A stretch of 64,000 bases of DNA from Planctomycetota bacterium. Its GTDB lineage: Bacteria; Planctomycetota; UBA1135; UBA2386. The stretch spans positions 544,001-608,000 of the forward strand of contig JBKAGP010000001.1 of assembly GCA_046290465.1 (NCBI GenBank), read 5' to 3'. Made by a program: the position numbers and the translations under genes. The notes beneath the pieces were generated by a model. The model was not told the DNA's origin. It did not search any database and saw only the letters and a list, made by a program, of their open reading frames with translations. Shown in pieces: positions 50,494 through 60,543 of this stretch. Positions within the stretch are counted from its first letter, which is position 1, and the number at the start of each line of letters is the position of its first letter.

Positions 50494-53042
50494 CGGCGGA
50501 AGCGGAACTCGGTGGTGTTGAGCAGGGCGTGCAGCGTGTCGAACCAGACGGTGCGTTCGTCGTCCGCCTGCTCGACGAACGGCAGCAGGCGGTGCAGCTC
50601 CTCGGTGCGCGGCAGGCGGCCGAACGCCAGCCGGTAGGCCAGCTGCAGCCGCTGCGCCGCGTTGTCGCTGTGCGCCAGCACGCGGTCGGTGAAGCGCTTG
50701 CACAGCTCGTGCACCAGCGGCGCGTTGGCCAGCGCCAACGCCTGCGCCGGCACGTTGGACGTGTTGCGGCGGCCGACGGTCGCGAACGGCGTGGGCTGGT
50801 CGAACGCCAGCATCAGCTCGTTCATGAAGTTGCGCCGCACGGCCAGGTAGATGCTGCGCCGGCCGCGGCCGTCGAGCGGGTCGTGGCGGCCGGGCCGGCC
50901 GCGTGCGTTGGTGATCGCCTCGCGCGGCTGCTCGATCGACCGGCCGTAGAGCTTTGGGTCGAGCGAGTCGCTGATCGCCAGCAGCGCGTCGCGCACCAGC
51001 TCGGCTTCGAGCGGCCGCACGTTCTGGCGGTGCACCAGCACGTTGTCGGCGTCGACGTCCTGCGCGTCTGGCCGGATCCGGCTGCTCTGCCGGTAGGTGT
51101 GCGACGTCACCATGCGGCGGATCGTCTGCTTGAGCGACCAGCCGTTGGCGACGAAGTCGCGCGCCAGCCAGTCGAGCAGCCGCGGGTGGCTCGGGCGGTC
51201 GCCGAGCGCGCCGAAGTTGTCGACGCTCTTGACGATGCCGCGGCCGAACAGGTGGTGCCAGACGCGGTTGACCAGCACGCGCGGCGGCAGCGGGTTGTCG
51301 GCGGCGAGCACGGTGTCGGCCAGCTCGAGGCGGCCCGACGAGTGCTGGGGGGCCTTTGCCATCTTGGCGGGCACCGCCGACAGGAACGAACGCGGCGCCG
51401 CCTCGCCCGCCATCTTGTGGTTGCCGCGCAGGTAGACGTAGCTGTCGATGCCGTTGCCGTCGGCCATCGCCGGGATCGTCGGCGAGACCGGCAGCGCCGC
51501 GACCGCATCGGCCAGCTCCTTGCGCGCCCGGCGCCACGCGGCGTCGGTGCGGCCCGCGTCGGCGTCGGCGACCAGCGGGTTGGACCTGGTCTCGGGCGGC
51601 CGACCGTGCGGCGACAGGATCACGGACTGCACCGCGAGCCAGGTGTGCTCCGGGTAGTGGCCGCGGTTGTGGCGGGGATCGCCCAGGTCGGGAGCGCGCT
51701 GGTCGATCGCCTGCACGTAGGCGGTGCGGCCGCGCCACATCTCGGCGTCGAACGTGACCCAGTGGGCTTCCTGCTTGTCGACGTTCTTGTGCAGTCGGCC
51801 GTAGATCGGATCGCGCACGACGTGGAAGCCGTCGACGATCAGTTTGAGGCGGCTATGGTCGCCGGCGGCGCGCACGTGCACGTAGCGATGCTCGATGCGG
51901 AACGAACGGGTGGCGAGCGTGCCCTCGCGCTGGCTGCCGGCGGCGCAGCTGAGCCAGAACGGCCCCGGCAGCTGGATCAGCCTCGGTTCTTCGGCATCGG
52001 GGTTCGGGCAGAACGGGCCCTGCCACGGCTCGGCACCGAACGCGTCGTTGCTGACGTACCAGTGCGCGTCGGGGCGCGCCGCGTCGGCGATCACGACGTC
52101 GTCGTCGCGCAGCGTCACGCCGGACGCGCGCGGTTCGGCGTCGGGCAACCAGTGCCTGGCGAGCTCACGCTGCGCGCGCAAGGCGCGCTGGTAGCCGTCG
52201 GAGTCGGGCGGGACCTGCTTGAGCGAGGCCTGCACGAAGCGCGAGCTCTGCACGAAGCCGAACAGCCCGTAGTAGTCGCGGGTCGGGATCGCGTCGAACT
52301 TGTGGTCGTGGCAGCGCGCGCACGCGACGGTCATGCCGAGGAACGCCTTGCCGAACACGTCGATCTGGTTGTCGACGCGGTCGGCCTGGTGCTGCATCGC
52401 GTCGACCGGCGAGTGGGTCTGCTCGACGAACCACCACGACGCGGTCGCCTGCACGCTCTCGTTGTTGCCGTCGGCGTCGCGCCGCGGATCGGCCAGCAGG
52501 TCGCCGGCGATGTGCTCGCGCACGAACTGGTCGTAGGGCAGGTCGGCGTTGAGCGCGCGGATCACGTAGTCGCGATAGCGGAAGGCGTTGGGGATCTCGA
52601 AGTCGTACTCGTGCCCGAGCGTCTCGCAGTAGCGCATCAGGTCGAGCCAGTGGCGGCCCCAACGTTCGCCGAAGTGCGGGCTCGCCAGCAGCGCGTCGAC
52701 CTCGCGCTGCCAGGCCCGTTCGCTCGGATCGGCGAGGAACCGTTCGACCGCCTCGGGCGTCGGCGGCAGGCCGACCAGGTCGAACCACAGCCGCCGCAGC
52801 TGCGTGTGTGGCGGTGCCGGCGGCGAGGGTTGCAGCGACGCGTCGGCGAGTCGCTGCTGCACGAACGCGTCGACCGGGTGGCCGGCGGCGGGTGGCGCCA
52901 CCGACCGCAGCGGCTGCCATGCCCAGTGCTCGCGGCGCGCGTCCATCGGCGTCGCGTCCGGGGCCGGGGCGGGCGACTCCTGCGCCGACGCGAAGGCCGG
53001 CAGCAGCAGGCCGAAGAGCATGGGGACGAGGGGTCGCAACAT
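50490..53042 (-). CDS. PSD1 (DUF1549/DUF1553) protein
   Basis: HWAWQP, GERWGRHWLD, CARCHDHKFD, RVLVNRVW, RRSIY. Confidence 0.9.
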   Translation of the reverse strand: MLRPLVPMLFGLLLPAFASAQESPAPAPDATPMDARREHWAWQPLRSVAPPAAGHPVDAFVQQRLADASLQPSPPAPPHTQLRRLWFDLVGLPPTPEAVERFLADPSERAWQREVDALLASPHFGERWGRHWLDLMRYCETLGHEYDFEIPNAFRYRDYVIRALNADLPYDQFVREHIAGDLLADPRRDADGNNESVQATASWWFVEQTHSPVDAMQHQADRVDNQIDVFGKAFLGMTVACARCHDHKFDAIPTRDYYGLFGFVQSSRFVQASLKQVPPDSDGYQRALRAQRELARHWLPDAEPRASGVTLRDDDVVIADAARPDAHWYVSNDAFGAEPWQGPFCPNPDAEEPRLIQLPGPFWLSCAAGSQREGTLATRSFRIEHRYVHVRAAGDHSRLKLIVDGFHVVRDPIYGRLHKNVDKQEAHWVTFDAEMWRGRTAYVQAIDQRAPDLGDPRHNRGHYPEHTWLAVQSVILSPHGRPPETRSNPLVADADAGRTDAAWRRARKELADAVAALPVSPTIPAMADGNGIDSYVYLRGNHKMAGEAAPRSFLSAVPAKMAKAPQHSSGRLELADTVLAADNPLPPRVLVNRVWHHLFGRGIVKSVDNFGALGDRPSHPRLLDWLARDFVANGWSLKQTIRRMVTSHTYRQSSRIRPDAQDVDADNVLVHRQNVRPLEAELVRDALLAISDSLDPKLYGRSIEQPREAITNARGRPGRHDPLDGRGRRSIYLAVRRNFMNELMLAFDQPTPFATVGRRNTSNVPAQALALANAPLVHELCKRFTDRVLAHSDNAAQRLQLAYRLAFGRLPRTEELHRLLPFVEQADDERTVWFDTLHALLNTTEFRFRR

Positions 53043-53107
53043 GATCGCACTCGTTTGTATGTGGTCGCTCCAGGGCCGGCAACCCGGTAGCGTGCGCAGA
53101 CATTCCT

Positions 53108-53941
53108 ATGACCAAGTCCGCCCGCTCGTCGCGTTCTCGTTCTGCCGCTGCCAAGACCAAGATGAAGGCGCTCGACGTCGATCCGCGGTCGCCGTCGCTG
53201 GAGGGTCGGGTCGCGATCGTGACCGGCAGCAGCAAGGGGCTCGGCAAGGCGATGGCGATCGCGCTCGGCGAGGCCGGCGCGCGGGTCGTGATCAACTATT
53301 ACAACGGCAAGGAGCAGGCCGAGCAGACCCGCGACGAGCTGCAGGGCCGCGGCATCGAGGCGATCGTCTGTCGCGCCGACGTGACCAGCGAGCGTCAGGT
53401 CGACAAGCTGGTCGGCGACGTCGAGAAGAAGCTCGGCAAGCCCGACATCCTGGTGCTGAACGCGACGCCGGACCAGCCGCAGAAGCCGATCGAGAAGTAC
53501 GACTGGGCGTTCTACCAGTCGATGCTCGACTTCTTCGTCAAGTCGCCCTACCTGATGACGCGCGCGGTGCTGCCCGGCATGAAGCGCCGCAAGTGGGGGC
53601 GCATCGTCAACATCGGCAGCGAGGTGTTCCGCCGCGGGGTGCCGAACTTCTCGGCCTACGTCGCCGCCAAGGGTGCGCAGGCCGGCTGGACCCGCAGCAT
53701 GGCGACCGAGCTGGCGCCGTGGAACATCACCGTCAACATGGTGTCGCCGGGGTGGATCCCGGTCGAACGCCACGACAAGGACCCGAAGGCCCTGAAGGAC
53801 GGCTACAAGGCGCTGATCCCGATGCGACGCTGGGGTGTGCCCGGCGACGTCGGCGGCATCATCGCGTTCCTCGCCAGCGAGCAGGCGGCGTTCATCACCG
53901 GCCAGGACGTCGCCGTCAACGGCGGCATGACCGTCTGCTGA
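53108..53941 (+). CDS. SDR oxidoreductase
   Basis: TGSSKGLG, YVAAK, VNMVSPG. Start may be 53162. Confidence 0.9.
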   Translation: MTKSARSSRSRSAAAKTKMKALDVDPRSPSLEGRVAIVTGSSKGLGKAMAIALGEAGARVVINYYNGKEQAEQTRDELQGRGIEAIVCRADVTSERQVDKLVGDVEKKLGKPDILVLNATPDQPQKPIEKYDWAFYQSMLDFFVKSPYLMTRAVLPGMKRRKWGRIVNIGSEVFRRGVPNFSAYVAAKGAQAGWTRSMATELAPWNITVNMVSPGWIPVERHDKDPKALKDGYKALIPMRRWGVPGDVGGIIAFLASEQAAFITGQDVAVNGGMTVC

Positions 53942-53993
53942 TCCGAAGGCAGCCGGCGCCGTTACCTCCCCGCAACCCGTCCCGATCCCAGCC

Positions 53994-55025
53994 ATGCTCC
54001 GTCGAACCTCCCTCGTCTGTCTGCTCGCGCTCGCCGCCGGCCTGTTGTGGTCGTGCGGCAACGAGCCCGCCGCCGCCAACTCCGGCAAGCCGCGGGTCGC
54101 GTTCGTGACCAACTGCGCGGTCGAGTTCTGGGCCGTCGCCGAAGCCGGCGTCAAGGCCGCGGCCGAACAGGCCGGGGTCGAGGCGCTGGTCCGGATGCCG
54201 CCGACCGGCACCGCCGAGGAACAGAAGCGCTACCTCGAGGACCTGGTCGCCGCCGGCGTCAAGGGCATCGCGGTCACGCCGAAGGATCCCGACAACATGA
54301 CCGGTCTGCTCGACCGGATCGCCGAGCGCTGCACGCTGATCACGCACGACTCGGATGCGCCGAAGTCGAAGCGCCTGTGCTACATCGGCGTCGACAACTA
54401 CGACGCCGGCCGGATGTGCGGCCAGCTGGTCGAGGAGGCGATGCCCGACGGCGGCCCGATCGTGATCCTGGTCGGCACGCTCGACCAGGACAACGCGCGC
54501 GGTCGCCGGCAGGGCCTGATCGACCACCTGCTCGGGCGGTCGCACGACCCGAGCCGCTTCGATCCGCAGGACGCGGTGCTGAAGAACGACAAGTGGGAGA
54601 TCCGCGCGACGTTCACGTCGCAGATGGACCCGCAGAAGGCCAAGGCGGCGGCGCAGGACAGCCTGACGCGCTGGTCGGACCTCCGCGGCATGGTCGGTCT
54701 GTTCGCGTACGAGCCGCCGGTGATCCTCGATGCGGTCAAGTCGGCCAACCGCCTCGACCAGATCGCGATCGTCGGCTTCGACGAGGACGCCGCGACGCTG
54801 AAGGGCATCCGCGACGGGGAGATCCACGGCACCGTCGTGCAGAACCCGTACGAATACGGCCACCGCTCGATCACCCTGCTGGCGAAGCTGCTCGCCGCCG
54901 AGGACGAGGCGGCGCGCAAGGCGCTGCTGCCCGAGAGCGGCACGATCGTGGTGCCGGCGCGCCAGATCCGCAAGGCGAACGTGCAGGCGTTCTGGGACGA
55001 CCTGAACCAGAAGCTCGGCAAGTAG
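53994..55025 (+). CDS. Sugar ABC substrate-binding lipoprotein (RbsB-like)
   Basis: WSC lipobox, YIGVDNYDAG, VGFDED, VQNPYEYG. Confidence 0.88.
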   Translation: MLRRTSLVCLLALAAGLLWSCGNEPAAANSGKPRVAFVTNCAVEFWAVAEAGVKAAAEQAGVEALVRMPPTGTAEEQKRYLEDLVAAGVKGIAVTPKDPDNMTGLLDRIAERCTLITHDSDAPKSKRLCYIGVDNYDAGRMCGQLVEEAMPDGGPIVILVGTLDQDNARGRRQGLIDHLLGRSHDPSRFDPQDAVLKNDKWEIRATFTSQMDPQKAKAAAQDSLTRWSDLRGMVGLFAYEPPVILDAVKSANRLDQIAIVGFDEDAATLKGIRDGEIHGTVVQNPYEYGHRSITLLAKLLAAEDEAARKALLPESGTIVVPARQIRKANVQAFWDDLNQKLGK

Positions 55026-55028
55026 CGC

Positions 55029-56558
55029 GTGGCGACCGCGGCACGGCTGCAAGCGCGGGGCGTCCGCAAGGCGTTCCCCGGCGTGCGCGCCCTCGACGGC
55101 GTCGACCTCTCGGTGCACGCCGGCGAGGTGGTCGCGCTGGTCGGTGAGAACGGCGCCGGCAAGAGCACGTTGATGAAGGTGCTGGCGGGCCTGCACCGGC
55201 CCGATCAGGGCGAGGTGCTGCTCGACGGGCGGCCGGTGACGCTGCTGGATCCGCTCGACGCGCTGCGGCGCGGCATCGCGCTGATCCACCAGGAGCTGAG
55301 CCTGTGCGACAACCTGACCGTCAGCGCCGCGATGTTCCTCGGTGCCGAGCTGCGGCGCGGACCGTTCCTGCGCGAGCGCGAGATGGCCGCGGTGACGCGC
55401 GAGTGGCTGGGCCGGCTCGGCCTCGACGTCGATCCGCGCGCTTTGGTGTCGTCGCTGCGCATGGGCCAGCGCCAGCTGCTCGAGATCGCACGGGCGCTGC
55501 GCGCCGAGGCGCGCGTGCTGATCATGGACGAGCCGACCTCGAGCCTGACCGAGACCGAGGCCGAACGGCTGTTCGAAGTGGTGCGCGAGCTGCGCGCGCA
55601 GGGCGTCGGCATCGTCTACATCACGCACCGCCTCGGCGAGATCGAGCAGCTCGCCGACCGCGTCGTCGGGCTGCGCGACGGCCGCAACAGCGGCGAGCTC
55701 GGCCGCGACGAGATCTGCCACGATCGCATGGTCGCGCTGATGGTCGGCCGCGAGCTGTCGGGTGCCGCGCGCAGCCCGCACCCGCCCGGCGAGCCGGTGC
55801 TGCAGGCGCGCGGGGTGCGCACCGCGATGTTCCCGGCGGCGAGCGTCGACCTCGAGCTGCGCGCCGGCGAGGTCGTCGGCATCGCCGGGCTGCTCGGCTC
55901 GGGACGCAGCGAACTGCTGCGCGCGCTGTTCGGCGTCGATGCGCGGCTCGCCGGGGACGTGCGCATCGGCGACGACCAGCTGCCGCCGGCAGACGTCGGC
56001 GCGGCGGTGCAGCGCGGCCTCGCGCTGTTGCCCGAGGACCGCAAGCAAGAAGGGCTGGTCGTGTCGATGGCGGTGCGCGAGAACCTGTCGCTGCCGACCC
56101 TGCGCCGCCGCGGTCGCTGGCTCGACCGCGCCTACGAGCGCGCGCTGAGCCGCGACAGCATCGCGCAGCTCGGCATCGCGTGCAGCGGTGGCGAACAGGT
56201 GGCCGGCTCGCTGTCGGGCGGCAACCAGCAGAAGATCGTGCTCGGCAAGTGGCTGGCCGCTGCACCCCGGGTGCTGCTGCTCGACGAGCCGACGCGCGGC
56301 GTCGACGTCGGCGCGCGCGCCGAGATCTACCGGCGGCTCGACGAACTCGCGGCCGAAGGACTGGCGGTGCTGTTCGTCAGCTCGGAGCTCGACGAGGTGC
56401 TGCAGCTGGCCGACCGCGTGCTGGTTCTGCGGGACGGCGCGGTGCAGGGTGAGCTGCGCTCTGCGCAGCGCACCGAGGAACGGATCATGATGCTGGCGAC
56501 CGGCGCCCAACGGGCGACCTCGAGGCAGCGGACCGAAGCAGCGGAGGACGGGCGATGA
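55029..56558 (+). CDS. Sugar ABC ATP-binding protein (RbsA-like)
   Basis: GENGAGKST, MDEPT, PEDRK, LSGGNQQK. Confidence 0.92.
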   Translation: MATAARLQARGVRKAFPGVRALDGVDLSVHAGEVVALVGENGAGKSTLMKVLAGLHRPDQGEVLLDGRPVTLLDPLDALRRGIALIHQELSLCDNLTVSAAMFLGAELRRGPFLREREMAAVTREWLGRLGLDVDPRALVSSLRMGQRQLLEIARALRAEARVLIMDEPTSSLTETEAERLFEVVRELRAQGVGIVYITHRLGEIEQLADRVVGLRDGRNSGELGRDEICHDRMVALMVGRELSGAARSPHPPGEPVLQARGVRTAMFPAASVDLELRAGEVVGIAGLLGSGRSELLRALFGVDARLAGDVRIGDDQLPPADVGAAVQRGLALLPEDRKQEGLVVSMAVRENLSLPTLRRRGRWLDRAYERALSRDSIAQLGIACSGGEQVAGSLSGGNQQKIVLGKWLAAAPRVLLLDEPTRGVDVGARAEIYRRLDELAAEGLAVLFVSSELDEVLQLADRVLVLRDGAVQGELRSAQRTEERIMMLATGAQRATSRQRTEAAEDGR

Positions 56559-57550
56559 AGAAGTTGGCCGGCATTGCCGGGCTGTTGCTGGTGATCGCGA
56601 TCGTGACGACCGTGCTGAGTCACGACGCCTCGACCGGCAACTACACGTTCCTGTCGTCGTACAACCTCGAGAACCTGCTGCGCCGCGTCGGCATGTTCGG
56701 CGTGCTGTCGGTCGCCGCGGCGTTCGTGATCGTGACCGGCGGCATCGACCTGTCGATCGGCGCCGTGGTCTGCGTCGCGGGCTGCATGCTGCCGTGGCTG
56801 CTGGCCGACTGCGGCCTGCCGGCGATCGTGGCGATGCCGCTGGTGCTGCTGGTCTGCGCCGGCATCGGGCTATGGCACGGCCTGCTGGTCGTCGGCCTGC
56901 GGCTGCAGCCGTTCGTGGTGACGCTGTGCGGCCTGCTGCTCTACCGCGGCCTGATGCGCAAGTTCACCGGCGACCAGACCATGGGCCTCGGCGACGCCGG
57001 CGAGGGGCTGCGCTGGCTGGCGACCGGCAAGATCCCGATCACAGCCGACTTCGGGCTGCCGGCGCCGCTCTGCGTGCTGGCGATCGTCGCCGTGCTGACC
57101 GGCGTGCTGTGGCAGCGAACGGTCTGGGGCCGGCACCTGTTCGCGCTCGGTCGCAACGAGGAGGCGGCGCGCTTCTCGGGTGTGCGCACCGGTCGGCTGA
57201 CCGCGCTGAGCTACGTGGCGTGCTCGCTGCTGGCCGGCCTCGGCGGCTGTCTGTTCGTGCTCGACGTCAACTCGGCGCAGGCGTCGAGCTTCGGCAACTT
57301 CTACGAACTGTACGCGATCGCCGGCGCGGTGCTCGGCGGCGTCGCGCTGCGCGGCGGCGAAGGGCTGGTGCTCGGCGTAGTACTCGGCGCCGCGCTGATG
57401 CAGCTGCTCTCCAACACCATCAACCTGGTCGGCGACAGCAACCAGCTCGAGTTCGCCGTGGTCGGCGCGGTGATCCTGTTCGGCGCCGGGTTCGACGAAC
57501 TGGTGCGCCGCTACCTCGGCTGGCGCGCGACCCGCAGCCGGCGCGCCTGA
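56555..57550 (+). CDS. Sugar ABC permease (RbsC-like)
   Basis: GGIDLS, PFVVTL, NEEAARFSG, YELYAIA. Confidence 0.9.
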   Translation: MKKLAGIAGLLLVIAIVTTVLSHDASTGNYTFLSSYNLENLLRRVGMFGVLSVAAAFVIVTGGIDLSIGAVVCVAGCMLPWLLADCGLPAIVAMPLVLLVCAGIGLWHGLLVVGLRLQPFVVTLCGLLLYRGLMRKFTGDQTMGLGDAGEGLRWLATGKIPITADFGLPAPLCVLAIVAVLTGVLWQRTVWGRHLFALGRNEEAARFSGVRTGRLTALSYVACSLLAGLGGCLFVLDVNSAQASSFGNFYELYAIAGAVLGGVALRGGEGLVLGVVLGAALMQLLSNTINLVGDSNQLEFAVVGAVILFGAGFDELVRRYLGWRATRSRRA

Positions 57551-57580
57551 CGGCTGTTGCCCGGCGCACCGGCCACCAGC

Positions 57581-58189
57581 TCAGCGGATCGGCGTCTCGC
57601 CGATCAGCTCGCGCCAGCGCAGGTGGATCGCGGCCGGGTAGGCCTCGCATTCAGCCGCGAACACGCGCGCGGCCAGCGACGTCACGTTGTCGTTGGACAG
57701 CACCGGCACGCGCGCCTGGATCAGCACGCGGCCGTTGTCGTACTCGTTGTCGCACAGGTGCACGGTGCAGCCCGACTCGGTGCGGCCGGCTTCGATCACC
57801 GCGCGGTGCACGTGTTCGCCGTACATGCCCTTGCCGCCGAAGTCCGGCAGCAGGGACGGATGGATGTTGAGCACCCGGCCCTCGAAGTCCGGGATGATCG
57901 GCAGCAGCCGGATGTAGCCGCACAGCAGCACCAGGTCGCAGTCGAGTTCGTGCACCCACGACCAGATCGCCGACGGGTCGGTCAGCTGGCGGGTCTCGAT
58001 GCCGTGGTCGAGCGCGCGCTGCAGGCCGAAGGCGTCGTCGCGGTCGCTGGCGACGCCGGCGACGCAGCCCTTCAGGCGGCCGTCGTCGATCCGGTCGAGC
58101 AGGTTCTGCAGGGTGCGGCCGGAGCCGCTGAGCAGCACCGCCAGCCGCGGGCGCTGGGCGCGGCTCAGCTCGTCGTGGCGCGCGCTCAC
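57581..58189 (-). CDS. purN: Phosphoribosylglycinamide formyltransferase
   Basis: VLLSGSG, LNIHPSLLP, GCTVH, YDNG. Confidence 0.9.
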   Translation of the reverse strand: MSARHDELSRAQRPRLAVLLSGSGRTLQNLLDRIDDGRLKGCVAGVASDRDDAFGLQRALDHGIETRQLTDPSAIWSWVHELDCDLVLLCGYIRLLPIIPDFEGRVLNIHPSLLPDFGGKGMYGEHVHRAVIEAGRTESGCTVHLCDNEYDNGRVLIQARVPVLSNDNVTSLAARVFAAECEAYPAAIHLRWRELIGETPIR

Positions 58190-59010
58190 GTGTGCGCCCG
58201 GGCGGCGGCGATGACGCCGACCAGCAGCGTGGCCATGCGCGGAGCGGCGACGTCGGCGGCGTCGATCATCTCCTCGATCGAGACCCGGCTGGTGCCGCCG
58301 TGCAGCACCTGCTGGGTGACGCCGACCAGCGCCAGCACTTGGAAGCCCGCGTGCACGCCGGCGATCGCCTCGTGCACCAACGACATGCCGACCAGGTCGG
58401 CGCCGGCCTGTCGCAGGAACCGGTACTCGGCGCGCGTCGGCATGCTCGGCCCGGGCACTGCGGCGAACACGCCGCGCGGGCACGGCACACCGGCGTTGAT
58501 CGCGACCTCGCGGGCGAGCTTGACCCACTTCTGCGAGTACGGCTCGCTCATGTCGGGGAAGCGTGGGCCGAGCAGGTCGTCGTTGGGGCCGGTCAGCGGA
58601 TGCAGGTTGCTGAAGTTCAGGTGGTCCTCGACCACCGCGATCGCGCCGGGCTCGATCTGCTGGCTGAGGCTGGCAGCGCCCGCGGTCACGATCAGCAGTT
58701 CGCAGCCGAGCGCCTTCAACACCCGGACGGGGTGGGCGAGCTCGGCCGAGGTCATGCCTTCGTAGGCGCTGAGCGGCGCGTCGGCGACCGCCACCGGCAC
58801 GCCCTCGAGGATGCCGACGTGGATCGGCGACGGCAGCGGCATGCCCGGGATGTCGCCGCCGGAGAGCGCGACCTTGTCCTTCAGCTGGTTGGTGATCGAC
58901 GCGTGGCCGGAGCCGAGCAGCATCGCGACGCGCGGGCGCAGCGCGGTGCGCGTCTCGAGCAGGTCGATCAGCTCGCGTGCGAGTTGTCGCTGGGACAGGG
59001 GCGAGGACAT
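58186..59010 (-). CDS. Purine nucleoside phosphorylase homolog with degenerate active site
   Basis: LGSG, YEG, DHLN, GPRFPDMSEPY and VGMS are retained. Several catalytic motifs are altered. Confidence 0.8.
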   Translation of the reverse strand: MSSPLSQRQLARELIDLLETRTALRPRVAMLLGSGHASITNQLKDKVALSGGDIPGMPLPSPIHVGILEGVPVAVADAPLSAYEGMTSAELAHPVRVLKALGCELLIVTAGAASLSQQIEPGAIAVVEDHLNFSNLHPLTGPNDDLLGPRFPDMSEPYSQKWVKLAREVAINAGVPCPRGVFAAVPGPSMPTRAEYRFLRQAGADLVGMSLVHEAIAGVHAGFQVLALVGVTQQVLHGGTSRVSIEEMIDAADVAAPRMATLLVGVIAAARAHT

Positions 59011-59045
59011 GGGCGAGATCGTAGGGCCGGGGGAAGCGTCGGCAA

Positions 59046-59726
59046 CTACCGCGTGCCGTTGCTGGCGGGGTCGGTCTTGGCGGTCGCGCTGGGCCGGCCG
59101 GGTGTGGGCTTGCCGGCTGTGGGCTTGCCGCTGCGGGTGCGCGGCATGCCGGCAAGGTCGAGCACGCGCTCGACCAGCCGCACGCGTTCCTGCATCGACA
59201 GCGAGGCGACCGGGATGTAGGGCACGTCGAACTGCTCGAGCAGCAGCTTGACCATGCCGTCGATGCGCACGACCTCCTCCCATTCCACTCCGGCGCGCAC
59301 GCCGTCCTCGGCGAGCAGTTCGCGGTGCGGTCGCAGGAAGAACACGAGGCCACCGCGCACCCACTGCATGTACTCCTCGAGCCGCGGGTCGCGGAAGATC
59401 CGCGCCAGGATCGACGAGTGGTGGGCGGCGTAGGCCAGGTTGCAGAACGCCCGGTCACTGACGAACGGGCCGTCGACCGCGCGCTCGGCGTCGATCTGCC
59501 GGGTGAACACGGCGGCCTGGTAGCGGTCGACCAGGTCGATGTCGGTGCGCAGGGTGTCGAGCCGTTCTTCCATCTCGGCCAGCACGCCACGCGCGACCTC
59601 GGCGATCATCGGCACGCGGTAGCGGTCGCGGATCCAGCGCGCCAGCGTCGTCTTGCCGGTGGCGTGGGCGCCGACCAGGTAGATGCGCGGGGTGGCGGAG
59701 CCGGAGGGTGCACGATGCGGCAGCAT
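59046..59726 (-). CDS. P-loop NTPase/kinase (AAA_28/NadR-type)
   Basis: GAHATGKT, EVAR, VSDR, EDGVR. Confidence 0.78.
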   Translation of the reverse strand: MLPHRAPSGSATPRIYLVGAHATGKTTLARWIRDRYRVPMIAEVARGVLAEMEERLDTLRTDIDLVDRYQAAVFTRQIDAERAVDGPFVSDRAFCNLAYAAHHSSILARIFRDPRLEEYMQWVRGGLVFFLRPHRELLAEDGVRAGVEWEEVVRIDGMVKLLLEQFDVPYIPVASLSMQERVRLVERVLDLAGMPRTRSGKPTAGKPTPGRPSATAKTDPASNGTR

Positions 59727-59765
59727 CCGTTCGAGCCTAGCGACGCCGCCGCGCCGTTGCCCGCG

Positions 59766-60440
59766 CTAATCCGGATCGCCCGTGCCGAGCTCGCCCTCGC
59801 CCTCGACGTCGTCGTCGCGTTCGTCGTCATCGGACGCGCCCTGCTCCTCGGCGGCCCGCAGCGCCAGCCGCGCGCGGGCGGTGACGTCCGGCTCGACGAA
59901 GGCGCGCTCGACGAATGCGCGCGGCGCCTGCAGGGTCTGCACCAGCAGGTCGGCCAGCAGGCTCGGCGGGGTCGAGTCGGGCAGCGGCAGCGGCTCCTTC
60001 AGCCGCGCCGAGGCGGCCTCGCGCAGCTCGTGTGCGAGGTCGTCGCGCTCGGGTTCGGGCACGGCCGTCTCGAGGAACGGCAGGCACTCGACCTGTCGAT
60101 AGCGGTGCGGGCTTTCGACCTCCTGCAGGTGCACGCGCGCGATGCCGAGCACCCAGATCATGTAGCGGCCGTCGGGCAGCTTCTCGTGCCGCAGGATCTC
60201 GCCGAGGCCGCCGATCGGCACCACCGCGGGCGGATGCTGCGGGGTCTCGCGTTCGCCGATCTGCGGCGAGGCGATCACCAGCCGGCCGGGCCCGTCGAGC
60301 AGGTCGCGCACCATGTCGCGGTAGCGCTCCTCGAAGATGTGCAGCGGCAGCACCTGGTGCGGAAACAGGAACACGCCCGGCAGCGGGAACATCGGCACGG
60401 CGCCGTGCGGCAGGGTCGGTTCTGTCAGTTCGAAGTCCAC
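59766..60440 (-). CDS. Lon N-terminal (substrate-binding) domain protein
   Basis: PMFPLP, LPLHIFEERY, LPDGRY. Confidence 0.85.
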   Translation of the reverse strand: MDFELTEPTLPHGAVPMFPLPGVFLFPHQVLPLHIFEERYRDMVRDLLDGPGRLVIASPQIGERETPQHPPAVVPIGGLGEILRHEKLPDGRYMIWVLGIARVHLQEVESPHRYRQVECLPFLETAVPEPERDDLAHELREAASARLKEPLPLPDSTPPSLLADLLVQTLQAPRAFVERAFVEPDVTARARLALRAAEEQGASDDDERDDDVEGEGELGTGDPD

Positions 60441-60543
60441 GGTCCGGTGCTTTGGGCCAGATGCTACCACGATGCAAGCGGTCGGTGTCGGCGGGTCGGT
60501 ATCATCGGGCCGGTGGCATCGGGCCGGCATCATCGGGATTGGG

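Noticed and set aside
49099..53042. DUF1501 + DUF1549/1553 pair as a new system
   Set aside because: A well-known, highly expanded planctomycete gene pair. Nothing is unusual here except the lack of an N-terminal cytochrome domain.
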